Assembly: GCA_965221125.1 (NCBI GenBank)
Contig: CBDCRW010000007.1
Span: 160,001-224,000, forward strand
DNA length: 64,000 nucleotides
Direction: 5' to 3'
From: Alphaproteobacteria bacterium
Lineage (GTDB): Bacteria > Pseudomonadota > Alphaproteobacteria > UBA828
The notes under the pieces are model-generated. The model was not told the DNA's origin, ran no database searches, and was given only the letters and a program-made list of their open reading frames with translations. Both the position numbers and the translations under genes were made by a program. Below are positions 19,852-29,992 of this stretch, one piece after another; positions within the stretch are counted from its first letter, which is position 1, and every line of letters begins with the position of its first letter.

Positions 19852-20703
19852 TCAGGAAGCGTCGGGCGTGGAGAGCGCGGCCTGATCGTGCGGGTGATCC
19901 TCGGGCCGCATGAAGCGCCGGGCGGCGCCGGCATGGATGCCGCCCCGCTCCTTCACCGCGCTGTCCGGCAATGTCCGCAGCGGCGTGTAGCGCGGCATGT
20001 GGTGGTCCTTGTAGGGGTCGTTACGGGCGGCGTTGTAGCAGCAGAGCAGCACGTTGCGGCTCTGCGTCGAGGTGTTCTTCGACGAGCCGTGCAGCGTGTT
20101 GCAGTGGAGAAAGAGCGCGTCGCCGGCCGCCATCTCGCAGGCGACCACCTCCAGCCGCTCCACGGCGTGGGCGACCCGCTCGGGATCCGCGGTGAGCTGG
20201 CCGCCCACCAGCTCATGGTCGAGGCGGCCCATGCGGGCGGAGCCCCGGATGACGCGGAGGCACCCGTTCTCCTCCGTCGCCGGGTCGATGGCGATGAAGA
20301 CGCTCAGCATGTCGGGGAACAGGTTGCCGTTGAAATACCAGTAGCCGTAGTCCTGATGCCAGTTCCAGGCGCCCCCGGTCTCGGGCGCCTTGAGCGTGAG
20401 CTTGGAGTGGTAGTGGTAGACCTCGCCGCCCAGCAGCCGCGCGGCGCCTCCCGCCACCCGCTCGCAACGCGCGATGGCGCCGAAGAGGTCGTCGCCGGGA
20501 TCGGTCCACAGCACCGTCGTGGTGACGCTGCCCTCGGCGTCGCGCATCGCCATGGTGTTGCGCCGGTCACGCAAGCCCTCGTCGCCCGCCAGCGCGCGGC
20601 GCATCAGCGCGACTTCCTCGGCATCGAAGAGCGCCGGCTTGTGCAGGTAGCCGTCCCGGTGGAAGCGGGCCACCTCGTCGGCGCTCAGGCGGCGGTCGTC
20701 CAT
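19852..20703 (-). CDS. Phytanoyl-CoA dioxygenase-family Fe(II)/2-oxoglutarate dioxygenase
   Basis: WNWHQDYGYW (HxD), ENGCL, GDALFLHCNTLHGS. Confidence 0.9.
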   Translation of the reverse strand: MDDRRLSADEVARFHRDGYLHKPALFDAEEVALMRRALAGDEGLRDRRNTMAMRDAEGSVTTTVLWTDPGDDLFGAIARCERVAGGAARLLGGEVYHYHSKLTLKAPETGGAWNWHQDYGYWYFNGNLFPDMLSVFIAIDPATEENGCLRVIRGSARMGRLDHELVGGQLTADPERVAHAVERLEVVACEMAAGDALFLHCNTLHGSSKNTSTQSRNVLLCCYNAARNDPYKDHHMPRYTPLRTLPDSAVKERGGIHAGAARRFMRPEDHPHDQAALSTPDAS

Positions 20704-20765
20704 CGTCTCCCCCCACGGCCAGCATGCTTCTTCGGACCAAAACCTTGCGGCGAGACTTGACCGAA

Positions 20766-20784
20766 TAGGCATAGTCGATGCCTA
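20766..20784. promoter_or_regulatory. Inverted repeat in a divergent intergenic region, possible operator
   Basis: TAGGCAT-N5-ATGCCTA, perfect 7-bp arms between the dioxygenase and ACP genes. Confidence 0.3.
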
Positions 20785-20910
20785 ATGGCTCGCAGTTGTT
20801 GCGCAGCGCCTCCCGCCTCCGCGGTGGCGTTTGTGTGACCGGGCCCGTACGCGCCCGAACCCTGTGAGAGGCCTCACTTCGAACCCTTGAAGATTAGGGA
20901 GACCATACGC

Positions 20911-21141
20911 ATGTCGTCAACGGAAGCCCGCCTGCGGACAATCATCAGCGACAGCTTCGACCTGGACCACGATCCGGATTTCGACCGGGCGTTCAGTGAC
21001 GCCGGAGTCTCTTCGGTGGATGCGGTCGCGTTCTACAAGACGGTCAATCAGGAGTTCGGCCTGAACATGGTCGCGGAGGACTGCCTGCAGTTCAATACGC
21101 TGCGCGAGCTCGTGACCTATATCGATGCCCGCGCCGGGTGA
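20911..21141 (+). CDS. Stand-alone acyl carrier protein
   Basis: 76 aa, acidic; DAGVSSVDAV phosphopantetheine-site-like motif; C-terminal TLRELVTYID; RBS GGGAGA. Confidence 0.8.
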   Translation: MSSTEARLRTIISDSFDLDHDPDFDRAFSDAGVSSVDAVAFYKTVNQEFGLNMVAEDCLQFNTLRELVTYIDARAG

Positions 21142-21284
21142 CGCTCCCCGGCGCCACGTGAGCACGGCCGGCCGCCTCCGGATGCGGGGGCGGTCGGCAA
21201 TTCCGGCACCGGCCGCAGCCGGATCCGGCCCATGGTGAGTCCCCGCCCGAAGCCCGGCGCCGGGAGGAGCCCCGACCCTCCGCC

Positions 21285-22184
21285 ATGACGACAGACGCGG
21301 TCTGGGAGATACCCCGGCCCCTTTCGACGCTGGATGTCCGCCTCGACGCCGCTACCGTCACCACGGTGCGGCGGCACGGCAATCCGTCGGGCCCCAGGAT
21401 CGTCCTGAGCCACGGCAGCGGTCTCGCCGCCGATCTCTACTATCCGTTCTGGTCCCTGCTCGCGGACGACTATGACCTTGCGGTCTACGACCTCAGGAAC
21501 CACGGCTGGAACGGCGTCGGCGCCCAGACGGATCACAACGTTCCGACCATGATCCGCGACCACGACCTCATTCTCGAGGCCGTCGACCGCACCTATGGCA
21601 GCAAGCCGACCGTCGGCATCTTTCACTCGCTGACGACGGTCGTGACGCTGCTCTCGTTCAGCAGGCTGTATTCGGCGCTGGTCCTGTTCGACCCGCCCCT
21701 GACCAGGCCGGGCGCGAGCCACACGGAGCTTCACGACGCTGCCGAGCGCGGGGCGGCCCAGATCCGCCGGCGGGGACACCACTTCAGGAGGCGGGAGGAC
21801 TTTGTCGAGATCCTGGAGATCTTTCCGACCTTCAAGCGCGCCGTTCCCGGCGTGCACGAGCTGATGGCGCGGACGACGCTCCGGGAGGCCGCGAGCGGAG
21901 AGGGCTATGAGCTTCGCTGCCCCCGCGAGTACGAGGCGCAGATGATGGACTACGCGCGGAGCTTCTTCCCGCTGCTGGACCTCGAGCTGGTCTCGTGTCC
22001 GACGAAGATCGTCGGCGCGGACCCCACCCTGCCGCATGCGTACCTGCCGACGCTCGACCAGCGGCTCGTCTCGGCCATGGACTACGACTTCATCCCCGAG
22101 GCGACGCACTTCCTGCAGCTGGAGAAGCCCGCGGAGTGCGTCGCCGTGACCCGCGCCTTCCTGAAACGCCACGGCCTCGCGTAG
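21285..22184 (+). CDS. Alpha/beta hydrolase (possible thioesterase)
   Basis: LSHGSG oxyanion motif, YDLRNHG, atypical nucleophile FHSLT, C-terminal ATHFLQLEKP. Confidence 0.85.
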   Translation: MTTDAVWEIPRPLSTLDVRLDAATVTTVRRHGNPSGPRIVLSHGSGLAADLYYPFWSLLADDYDLAVYDLRNHGWNGVGAQTDHNVPTMIRDHDLILEAVDRTYGSKPTVGIFHSLTTVVTLLSFSRLYSALVLFDPPLTRPGASHTELHDAAERGAAQIRRRGHHFRRREDFVEILEIFPTFKRAVPGVHELMARTTLREAASGEGYELRCPREYEAQMMDYARSFFPLLDLELVSCPTKIVGADPTLPHAYLPTLDQRLVSAMDYDFIPEATHFLQLEKPAECVAVTRAFLKRHGLA

Positions 22185-22280
22185 AGCGCCGCGGTCGCAT
22201 TGCCTTGCCCTCGGGCGTCAGCGTCAGCGAGCCCTCGCCGTGGCCCTCCGGCTGCGCGGCCGAACGTTGCGCCGCGGTGG

Positions 22281-23126
22281 TTAGCGGCTGCGCAGGCGCT
22301 CGGAGCGTCTGCGCAACAGCTCGATGGTGATGAGGAGGCAGATGGAGACGGCGATCAGCAACGTGGCGACTGCCAGGATCGTGGGGTTGATCTGCTCGCG
22401 CAGGCCCGAGAACATCTGGCGGGGGATGGTGCGCTGATCGGGCCCCGCGAGGAAGAGCACCAGCACCACCTCGTCGAACGACGTGACGAAGGCGAAGAGC
22501 GCCCCCGAGATGACGCCTGGCCGGATCAGCGGCAGGACAACCCGGAAGAAGGTGCGGATCGGCCTGGTGCCGAGGCTGATCCCCGCGTTGTAGAGCCCGC
22601 GGTCGAAGCCCGTGAGCGTGGCGGTGACGGTGACGATGACGAAGGGGATGCCGAGCGCCGCGTGGGCGATGATGAGGCCGGGGAAGGTGCCGACGAGCCC
22701 GAAGCGCGTGTAGAAGAAGAACATGCCCGCGGCGATGATGATGAGCGGCACGATCATCGGCGAGAGCAGCAGCGCGGTGATGGTTCGCCGGAACGGCATG
22801 TCCGAGCTGGCGAGACCGACGGCGGCGACGGTGCCGAGTATCGTCGCCACGATGGTCGCGAAGATGCCGACGATGAAGCTGTTCTGGATCGCCAGCATCC
22901 AGTTGGGAGTCTCGAGGATCGTGACGTACCAGCGCAGCGAATAGGCGCTCGCCTCGAAGGCCAGCATTTCCTCGGTAAACGTGAAGTAGGGCTGGCTGTT
23001 GAAGGAGAGCGGGATGATGACGAGGATCGGCAGGATCAGAAAGAACAGCACGGCGCCGGCGCAGCCGCGCAGGGCATAGACCCCGAGCTTGTTCCAGATC
23101 GTGAAGTATTCGGGGAAGCTCGCCAC
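22281..23126 (-). CDS. ABC transporter permease, PotC-like
   Basis: IIPLSFN, YSLRWY, LLSPMIVP, FVTSFDEVV. Confidence 0.9.
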   Translation of the reverse strand: MASFPEYFTIWNKLGVYALRGCAGAVLFFLILPILVIIPLSFNSQPYFTFTEEMLAFEASAYSLRWYVTILETPNWMLAIQNSFIVGIFATIVATILGTVAAVGLASSDMPFRRTITALLLSPMIVPLIIIAAGMFFFYTRFGLVGTFPGLIIAHAALGIPFVIVTVTATLTGFDRGLYNAGISLGTRPIRTFFRVVLPLIRPGVISGALFAFVTSFDEVVLVLFLAGPDQRTIPRQMFSGLREQINPTILAVATLLIAVSICLLITIELLRRRSERLRSR

Positions 23127-23129
23127 GGC

Positions 23130-24401
23130 TCAGCCGAGCTTGATGTTCTTGGCCCCGACGAGGCGGTCGTAGAGCCAGTAAAGGACGATGATCACGAAGA
23201 GCAGAAGCGTGCCCAGCGCGGCCGCGAGCTCCCAGTTGTTCGACTGCTGCATGTGGAAGGCGATGATGTTGGAGATCATCTGTCCGTCGGTCCCGCCGAC
23301 CAGGGCAGGCGTGATGTAGTAGCCGACGGAAATGATGAAGACCAGCAACGCGCCCGCCGATAGCCCCGGCAAGGTCATCGGGAAATAGACCCGGATGAAG
23401 GCGGCGATGGGCCCGGAGCCCAGGGACAGCGCGGCGCGCATGTAGCTGCGGTCGATGCCCTTCATGACGCTGTAAAGCGGCAGCACCATGAAGGGCAACA
23501 AGATGTGCGTCATCGCCACGATGGTGGCGAACTCCGTGTACATCATCTCGAACGGCTCGTCGGTCAGCCCGATCCCCATGAGGAAGGAATTGACCACGCC
23601 GTTCGTTTGCAAGAGCGCGATCCACGACGTCGTTCGGACCAGGAGCGAGGTCCAGAACGGCAGCAGCACGAAGATCAGCAGGATGCCGGCGGCCTTCGCC
23701 GGCAGGCCGGCAATCACGTAGGCGAGGGGATAGCCCAGGACGAGCGTGAGCACGGTGATAATCAGCGCGATCTTCAGCGTCTTGAGATAGAGCTGGATAT
23801 AGATGCGTGCTGACTCGCGCTGCTGGATGCCGCCCGACGGGCCTCGTTCGAGGTCGAGCGCCGTCAGGAAGTTCCGTTCGGAGTAGCTGCGGCCGACCTC
23901 GCGCACGGTGGACCAGAGGGCGGGGTCCGCCCACTTCTTGTGGGCGGCGAGCAGGAGGGCGGCGCCGTCGGCCGCAAGCTCCTCGTCCGCGACGCGGCGC
24001 ATCTTGCGGGCGGTCGACTTCACCACGCTGGACGTGCCCGGCAGGCCGCGGTTGAGCTCTTCGGCGAGCTTGCCCGAGGTGCGATCGTTGGCGAGGCGCT
24101 TGAGATCGATCGCCATGGAGGTGAGCACGGCCTCGCCCGGCGTGCCTTCGCCGCTCCAGCCCTGCAGGACCTCCAGGGTGTTCGGGATCAGCTCCACCGC
24201 AGTCGGGTTGTGGACGCTGCGGTGCAGCATGGTCGCGACCGGGGCGAAGAAGGCGAAGGCCACAAAGGCCAACAACGGCAGCACCAGCGCCAGCGCGACC
24301 AGGCGCCGGCGGTTCAGCGCCCGCGACGCGACCCGCGCTTCTTCCCGGGTGAGCCCGCGCGGGGCGTGTGCGGCCGCAGGCTGAAGCGCGGTTTCGGTCA
24401 T
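23130..24401 (-). CDS. ABC transporter permease, PotB-like
   Basis: LLPFWTSLLVRT, HILLPFMVLPLY, GYYITPALVGG. Confidence 0.9.
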   Translation of the reverse strand: MTETALQPAAAHAPRGLTREEARVASRALNRRRLVALALVLPLLAFVAFAFFAPVATMLHRSVHNPTAVELIPNTLEVLQGWSGEGTPGEAVLTSMAIDLKRLANDRTSGKLAEELNRGLPGTSSVVKSTARKMRRVADEELAADGAALLLAAHKKWADPALWSTVREVGRSYSERNFLTALDLERGPSGGIQQRESARIYIQLYLKTLKIALIITVLTLVLGYPLAYVIAGLPAKAAGILLIFVLLPFWTSLLVRTTSWIALLQTNGVVNSFLMGIGLTDEPFEMMYTEFATIVAMTHILLPFMVLPLYSVMKGIDRSYMRAALSLGSGPIAAFIRVYFPMTLPGLSAGALLVFIISVGYYITPALVGGTDGQMISNIIAFHMQQSNNWELAAALGTLLLFVIIVLYWLYDRLVGAKNIKLG

Positions 24402-24420
24402 CGAGGTTGGAAGGCGAGCG

Positions 24421-24450
24421 ACGGCGCCGGGCTTGCTGCCGGCGCCGCCA
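24421..24450 (-). terminator. GC-rich hairpin between the binding-protein and permease genes
   Basis: GGCGCCGG-gcttgctg-CCGGCGCC stem-loop just downstream of the binding-protein stop. Confidence 0.4.
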
Positions 24451-24463
24451 TCCCGCGGTCAGG

Positions 24464-25010
24464 CTACTGCAGTAGCCACTCGTTGAACTTCTCGCCAAGG
24501 GACTCGCCGAAATCGGCCCAGAAGATGCCGTCCGCCTTCAGCCCGATGTCGATATGCGCCGTCGGCAGATCGTTCTGCACCGCCGGATCCACCAAAGCCG
24601 CCGCGGACCGGCGCGTCGGCCCGTAGGCCACGTCCTGCATGCCGGAAAGCGGCACCGTGCCGGTCGCGAACGTCACGAAGTCCATCGCCTGCTCCATGTT
24701 CGGCGAGCCCTTCACCACCGACCACACGTCGAGGTCGAAGATGTGGCTGTCCCAGACCATGACGAAGGGACGGTCATGGTCCTGGATGTCCTTGAAGATG
24801 CGGCCGTTGGCCGACTGCACCAGGACCGCCCCGCCGTCGTTCAGAAGCTGGGGCGCCTGCGACCATGACTCGTACCAGACGAGATCGTCCCTGATGGTAT
24901 CGAGCTTAACGAAGGCCCGCGCCTGGCCCTCGTCCGTCGCCAGCGTCTCGTACACCTGGTCGCGCGGCACGCCGTCGGCGATGAGCGCCCACTCGAGATT
25001 GCCCGGCACC
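24464..25010 (-). pseudogene. 3' half of a PotD-like ABC substrate-binding protein
   Basis: [13 protein letters not shown]...APQLLNDG...SANGRI...GEKFNEWL; no signal peptide; fused directly to an IS5 fragment. Confidence 0.85.
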
Positions 25011-25554
25011 GGCACCCGCCTTGTAGGGCGGCGGCCGCGAGGCCGAGGCCACCAAGGTCGCGTCCATCAGCGTGCCCTTGCGCAGGATCAGACCGGCGGC
25101 ATCCAGCTGACGGTTGATCTCCTCGAACGCCGCCTCCAGGACCGCGCCTGCGTCCGCGCGGAAGCGGCAGATCGTGGTCTCGTCCGGCGTGCCCCCATCC
25201 AGCGCAAAGCCGCAGAAGCGCCGGAACGAGAGCCGGTCCAGCAGCGCCTCCTCCAGGCCGGGGTCCGAAAGGTCGTAGAGCGCCTGAAGATAGAGAGCCT
25301 TCAGCATCGCCAGCGGCGCATAGGGCGGACGACCCCGGCGTCCCTCGCGCACACGCGACGCCAGACGCTCCAGCCGAGACCAGTCGATCAGGGCGTCCAG
25401 ACGCTCCAGCTTCCGGTTTGTCCCCAGCCCCGCAGACATGAACGCTTCCGCAAACCCCAGCTGACCCGTGCCGCTCATCGAATCGACCTCCCCATCGCTG
25501 CAGCAACGAATCACATGCCACCCAATCCGCAAACCCACTTTCGCAGAGGAATCC
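25011..25554 (-). mobile_element. Truncated IS5-family element (one end plus 5' half of the transposase)
   Basis: [63 protein letters not shown]; putative end GGATTCCTCTGCGAAA at 25554. Confidence 0.85.
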
Positions 25555-25660
25555 TTGAGGGGGTAGGCGAGGTTCTCGGCCACCGTCATGTGGGGGAACA
25601 GCGCGTAGTTCTGGAAGACGATGCCGATGTTGCGCTTGTTGGGCGCGGTGCGGATGATGA
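25555..25660 (-). pseudogene. Internal fragment of a PotA-like ABC ATPase
   Basis: [33 protein letters not shown]; truncated at both ends. Confidence 0.85.
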
Positions 25661-26079
25661 CGGAGACCGAGGACGGCGTCCTTGCCTGGATGGTTCTCAG
25701 GCAGGTCGATGATTACCGGAAAGCCTGGCGCTGGCACGGCGCAGCCGCTGGGGTGTCGGCCGCGCTTGAACCCGGACGCTTCCGCATCCGTATTCAGACG
25801 GCGGCCGACCTGGAGGCGGAGCGGTTCGAGATGTTCTCCTGGGAATATCCCTGGAGAGCGGACGGCCTCGCCTCAGTCTTCTGGCGCCAGGACGGGATGC
25901 CGGAGGGCGTGCTGGAGCCGGGCGCGGAGCCGCTGGTCGGGATGATCGGAGACCGCGGCTTGATCGAGGGGCTGCGCCTGCTGGACGGCGATCTGGTGCT
26001 CAAGATCGAATTTGGCGGCGCGGCGGTCCATGTCCGTCTCAAGAATGTGGCGCGGTTCCCCGACGACGGGGCATATTGA
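25654..26079 (+). pseudogene. Fragment resembling the N-terminal part of DUF2285-associated (ICE activator-like) proteins
   Basis: [15 protein letters not shown]...FRIRIQTAADLEAERF...WEYP...SVFW...EGLRLLDGDLVLKIE; family recalled by eye; ends at the IstB junction. Confidence 0.45.
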
Positions 26080-26486
26080 TCAAGCACGCGTTCGCCGCCT
26101 GCCAGAAGGACCTCGCCGTCCGCTTCATCACCGCCTCCCAGATGGTCCAAGAGATGATCGAGGCGCGCGACGAGAGGAGACTGTTCCGCTTCCAGGACCA
26201 ACTCGCCAAGGTGAACCTGCTGATCGTCGACGAACTCGGCTACGTGCCCCTGTCGCAATCCGGAAGCGAGCTGCTGTTCGACATCTTCAGCCGGCGCTAC
26301 GAAAATGGCGCAACCATCGTGACCTCGAACCTGCCCTTCCAGGAATGGACCTCGGTCTTCGCCAGCGAACGCCTCACCGGCGCATTGCTCGACCGCATCA
26401 CCCACCACGTCCATATCCTGGAGATGAACGGCGAAAGCTACAGGCTCAAGCAGAGCCGATCACGGCGCCGGCCTACCTCCGAATAA
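26076..26486 (+). pseudogene. istB: IS21-family IstB helper ATPase, C-terminal half (Walker A missing)
   Basis: LLIVDELGYVP, LLFDIFSRRYE, TSNLPFQEW, ALLDRITHH, MNGESYRL. Confidence 0.88.
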
Positions 26487-26554
26487 CCCCGCTTGCTCCC
26501 GTGGGCCCACAGGCCCCTCCCGTGGACTACGGGGACAAGCTGCCGTCGTGCCAG

Positions 26555-26605
26555 TGGTACATTTTTGCTGCGCCGCTCTGGCGCATAATCCCGCCGCCGT
26601 TGGCA
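26555..26605 (+). mobile_element. IS21-family right end
   Basis: Two tandem related repeats (TGGTACATTTTTGCTGCGCCG and TGGCGCATAATCCCGCCGCCG) ending ...TTGGCA downstream of istB. Confidence 0.6.
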
Positions 26606-26760
26606 TCCACGGGATGCCGCGCAGGATGAACAGGTCGGCCAGCACGTCGATGACGTCGATCGAGGAGAGCTTGCGCCGAACCCGCGTCGCCAGGCTCTCG
26701 CGGCTGAACTCGTCCAGGACATTGAGCATACGGAAGGCCCGGCCATCAAAAACATCAAAT
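26606..26760 (-). pseudogene. IS3-family transposase OrfB fragment
   Basis: DGRAFRMLNVLDEFSRESLATRVRRKLSSIDVIDVLADLFILRGIP. Confidence 0.85.
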
Positions 26761-27251
26761 TCTCCCCAACCTTGGGGACGCGCGACGGCACGCAGTTCGG
26801 CTACCGTACACTCCTTAGTCGGCGACGCCTTCCCGAATCGATGGCGAAACTGGCTGTGATCGGAGGAAGAGCCTGGGGTGGACTTTGCGAATCTGTCACG
26901 GAACACGCAGACGCCGGTCGAGCTGGTCAGCGCCTCAGAACTGGCATGCCGGCTCTGAGGCAAACAAACCAGGATTCTCTCGGAACCGGCGGTCCAACCA
27001 TCGGGGCACGCCCCGCGTGACTTACTCTGAAGTTAGAGCTGGACCACTTGAAGAGAATAGGCCTGACAGAGCGCTTTGAATTAGAAATATTCGATGGGGG
27101 AAATATCCGACGGTACCGCAACAACGAAAGCAGCGATAGATATCATGCATCTACTTCGAGAAGCTCTCCAGGACGACAGCGACCATAGGCTGCACCCGCA
27201 ATGAACCCGACGAGTTGAACTGGATTAACGGCTTTGATGAATAAGAGTGCT

Positions 27252-28430
27252 ATGAAGCATCTAGTGCTTTCTCTTTGCACGCTGGGAATGTTCCTCTACA
27301 TCCTTGGGGCGTTCACAACAGCAGCTTCAGCAGATATTATTCCGTCATGCCAGTGACTTTCTGAGCACTATCCGAAATACTACGTAACTAAACGCGCCAA
27401 CGTACGCGACGCTCCCAACACGCAGGGTAAGGTAGTCACTACACTGTCGCCTGGCTCAATAGTCTACACAAATGAAAAGACTCGAACCACATCAGAAAAT
27501 CCTGAGAATTGGTACATACTTTTGGCCACAACAGATCTCCCTGCAATTTCTGGATGTGGTGGTGGATTCATTCATCCTAGCTTCGTCTCCACAACTCCCC
27601 CTTCTACACAGCAGGCCGAAACTTCACCTTCTTCGGAAAGGACGATAGCATATAGCAATGGAGATCGCTACCGGGGCCAAGTGCGAAGGGGAATACCGCA
27701 CGGCCGCGGCCTCTATACGTGGGCCAGCGGCTCGCGATACGAGGGCGAGTTTCGCGACGGCAAAAGGCACGGTCGTGGCACTATCACCTATTACGATGGT
27801 AGGCGTTTCGAAGGCGAGTGGGGCGACGACAAATGGCTCCGAGGCCGGGAGGTGGCTTCCCAGCAGGCTGAACAGCCAAAGGGTGGCGACCAGCAACGCG
27901 GAGACATGAGCGGTGATAAAGGAGCTCTATGGGGTGCGATCGTGCTTTCAGCGCATTGGGGCGATTATTCAAACGACAAAAATTATGCTGTCGCGTGGAA
28001 TTATCCCTCTCAAAGCACGGCCATTGAAGCTGCTATCGACAGATGCGTCAGTAGGAATCTACGGGGAAACTGTGGTCGGAATGGGGTGTATTATTCGCGT
28101 GAAGCCGGCTATGCAAGTCACGTTGCTTTCTCTAGCGCTGCGCAGCGACATGATTCCATCCTAGACAGCAACGATTATCCCGAGACTAGCTACCTTTCAC
28201 CCGGTCTTGCACGAAAGAACAAGGGCACATCGGCTGTCGTCCGCCACAAATGTGTCCTTGTCTGGTCGGAACTGAAGACCAACTTGGAGGGAGACCCTAA
28301 TACGCCGTTGGCTGTTTTTGCGGCCACTGAAACCAAGGCTCGCACCACGTTCAGTACCCATTGGTCTAGGTCCGCTGTTGTCTCTAGCTATTGGAGAGAT
28401 GAGTTAAAAGTTTATTGCAACGATCATTGA
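27252..28430 (+). pseudogene. Secreted SH3b-like + MORN-repeat + DUF4189-like protein interrupted by an in-frame TGA at 27354-27356
   Basis: Signal peptide MKHLVLSLCTLGMFLYILGAFTTAASA, then ANVRDAPNTQGKVVTTLSPG, then YEGEFRDGKRHGRG-type MORN repeats, then WGAIV...AWNYPSQSTAIEAAIDRC, all in one frame. Confidence 0.7.
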
Positions 28431-28533
28431 CGGCGATGGTTCGACAACTACAGCCTGCCAGCACCCGAAGACGCGAACAAGGTGTTCCAGTTGCTTCGTC
28501 ACTCCTTTCAACTGTCGATGGGGGACTTACATT

Positions 28534-29077
28534 GTGACTGACATTCTAGTTGGTGCGATTGTCTTAGTCGTGGGAACACTATCGCTTATTTGGCACGTTC
28601 TAAATTCTGCTAAGCAGTTTCTTCATATAGAAGTGACAGTTCGTATCGAACAACTTTAGTATATATCCGCTTTGACTCGCGTCCATAATTCGGCCCTATA
28701 AGAAGCACATCCAAAGTGCATTGGTTCTGATCGGTCCAGAAGAAGAATCGTCATTAGACACGTTCAACGCCGTCAAGAAAGCTGAGAATATATCCTGTAG
28801 TAGTATTGCACATTGTATCGCCACCGCAACTTACAGGGGTTATGAAGGTTACAAGGGGCTTGAAGGAAGATCGATTATTCCTCTATCCTTTTACTCCAGA
28901 AGAGAGTGTGACGGCAAGTGTGGAAAAAGACACATATTTTCCGATGAAATATTAACATATAGAGTGCATATATGTGCGAAAAAAATTCCTAAAATCAGTC
29001 CTTATTGTGTGAGGTTTATTGTTGCAGATCGCGGACGGTCAGCACGCTCTACTCAAGATAGTTTTGTTCTTCATTAG
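28534..29077 (+). pseudogene. AT-rich degraded gene with an N-terminal TM helix
   Basis: VTDILVGAIVLVVGTLSLIWHVL... followed by in-frame stops and an apparent frameshift into the 28721-29077 ORF. Confidence 0.4.
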
Positions 29078-29794
29078 AAAAGTAAACCCGCTTATCCATA
29101 AGCTTCATCCAGCGATGAGGGTTCGGTAGGGCAATGGGTGTTGTTCGGCACGCGGGTTGCGCGCCGATCGGCGCGATAATCTATTGAAGCGGCTTGATAC
29201 AGGGGGTTACAATTGCACGCCAAGCAACACAAGAGAAATGCGTTCAGCGGGATTCTTCAGCAAGACCTCAGGTTGGCGGGCCTATGGTGAACGGGTAGAC
29301 GCCGCCGGATTCAGAATCTGAGTCACATTCGCGAAGCCGCTTCGGGTTCAACTGCATGAAGTCATGATCGAACGAGCACAAGCAACGGACCTCGTCGGAG
29401 CATCGGCTTCGATGCTTTCCTCCTCCTCGCGATGGTTCCTTTCATCTCTCCCTCATCGGCGGTCGAGGACGGATTGTCTGTTGGGCTTCGTGCGGTGGTG
29501 GTAGGCACCAAGGGAAGCCTGCGAACGATTCCGTGGGTGGGGAGATCTACGTTCACAGCACGCAAACCGAGAATCTGGCAATGGACGTGTACTACGGCAT
29601 GCGAATGCTTGATTTTGGAGTTGCCCGCGGGACAAATTCTTGGGTTCAGAACCCGCGGTTTCGACGCATCTGGAAACGCCGTGGATATCGATTCGAGCGC
29701 CGACTCCCATGTGCTCGAGGTACGCACGGCGACGGATGGGAGGCCGTGCCTTCCTTCGGCGCGGGCGTCTGCTACGACCTGACAGAGCGCTTTC

Positions 29795-29990
29795 GTGTCC
29801 GGGGGAGAGCGAGAAGGTCACGGCCGTCCGGGCATCCGCGGCAACCATATGAAGCTTGGTAGTCCAGCCACCGCGGGATCGATCGAGATGGATTGGGGAC
29901 CGTTTCTTGGCGCCCCCGTCCCGTCAGGATGCACCCTAATGATGGTGATGTCCATCGACACGACCTCGAGCTCCGATCGACTCCAATCGT
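29795..29990 (-). pseudogene. IS5-family (IS427-like) transposase fragment, frameshifted
   Basis: MDITIIRVHPDGTGAP..NGPQSI / TKLHMVAADARTAVTFSLSPGHE. Confidence 0.75.
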
Positions 29991-29992
29991 GG

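Noticed and set aside
24462-24477. Perfect 16-bp palindrome GGCTACTGCAGTAGCC
   Set aside because: It overlaps the last codons and stop of the binding-protein gene; single copy, no evidence of function
26770-27020. Possible degenerate IS3 3' end
   Set aside because: Resemblance too weak to call without an alignment
27354-27356. Selenocysteine at the in-frame TGA (Cys-Gln-TGA)
   Set aside because: No evident SECIS hairpin downstream, no redox-enzyme context, and neighbouring genes are decaying; a nonsense mutation is more parsimonious
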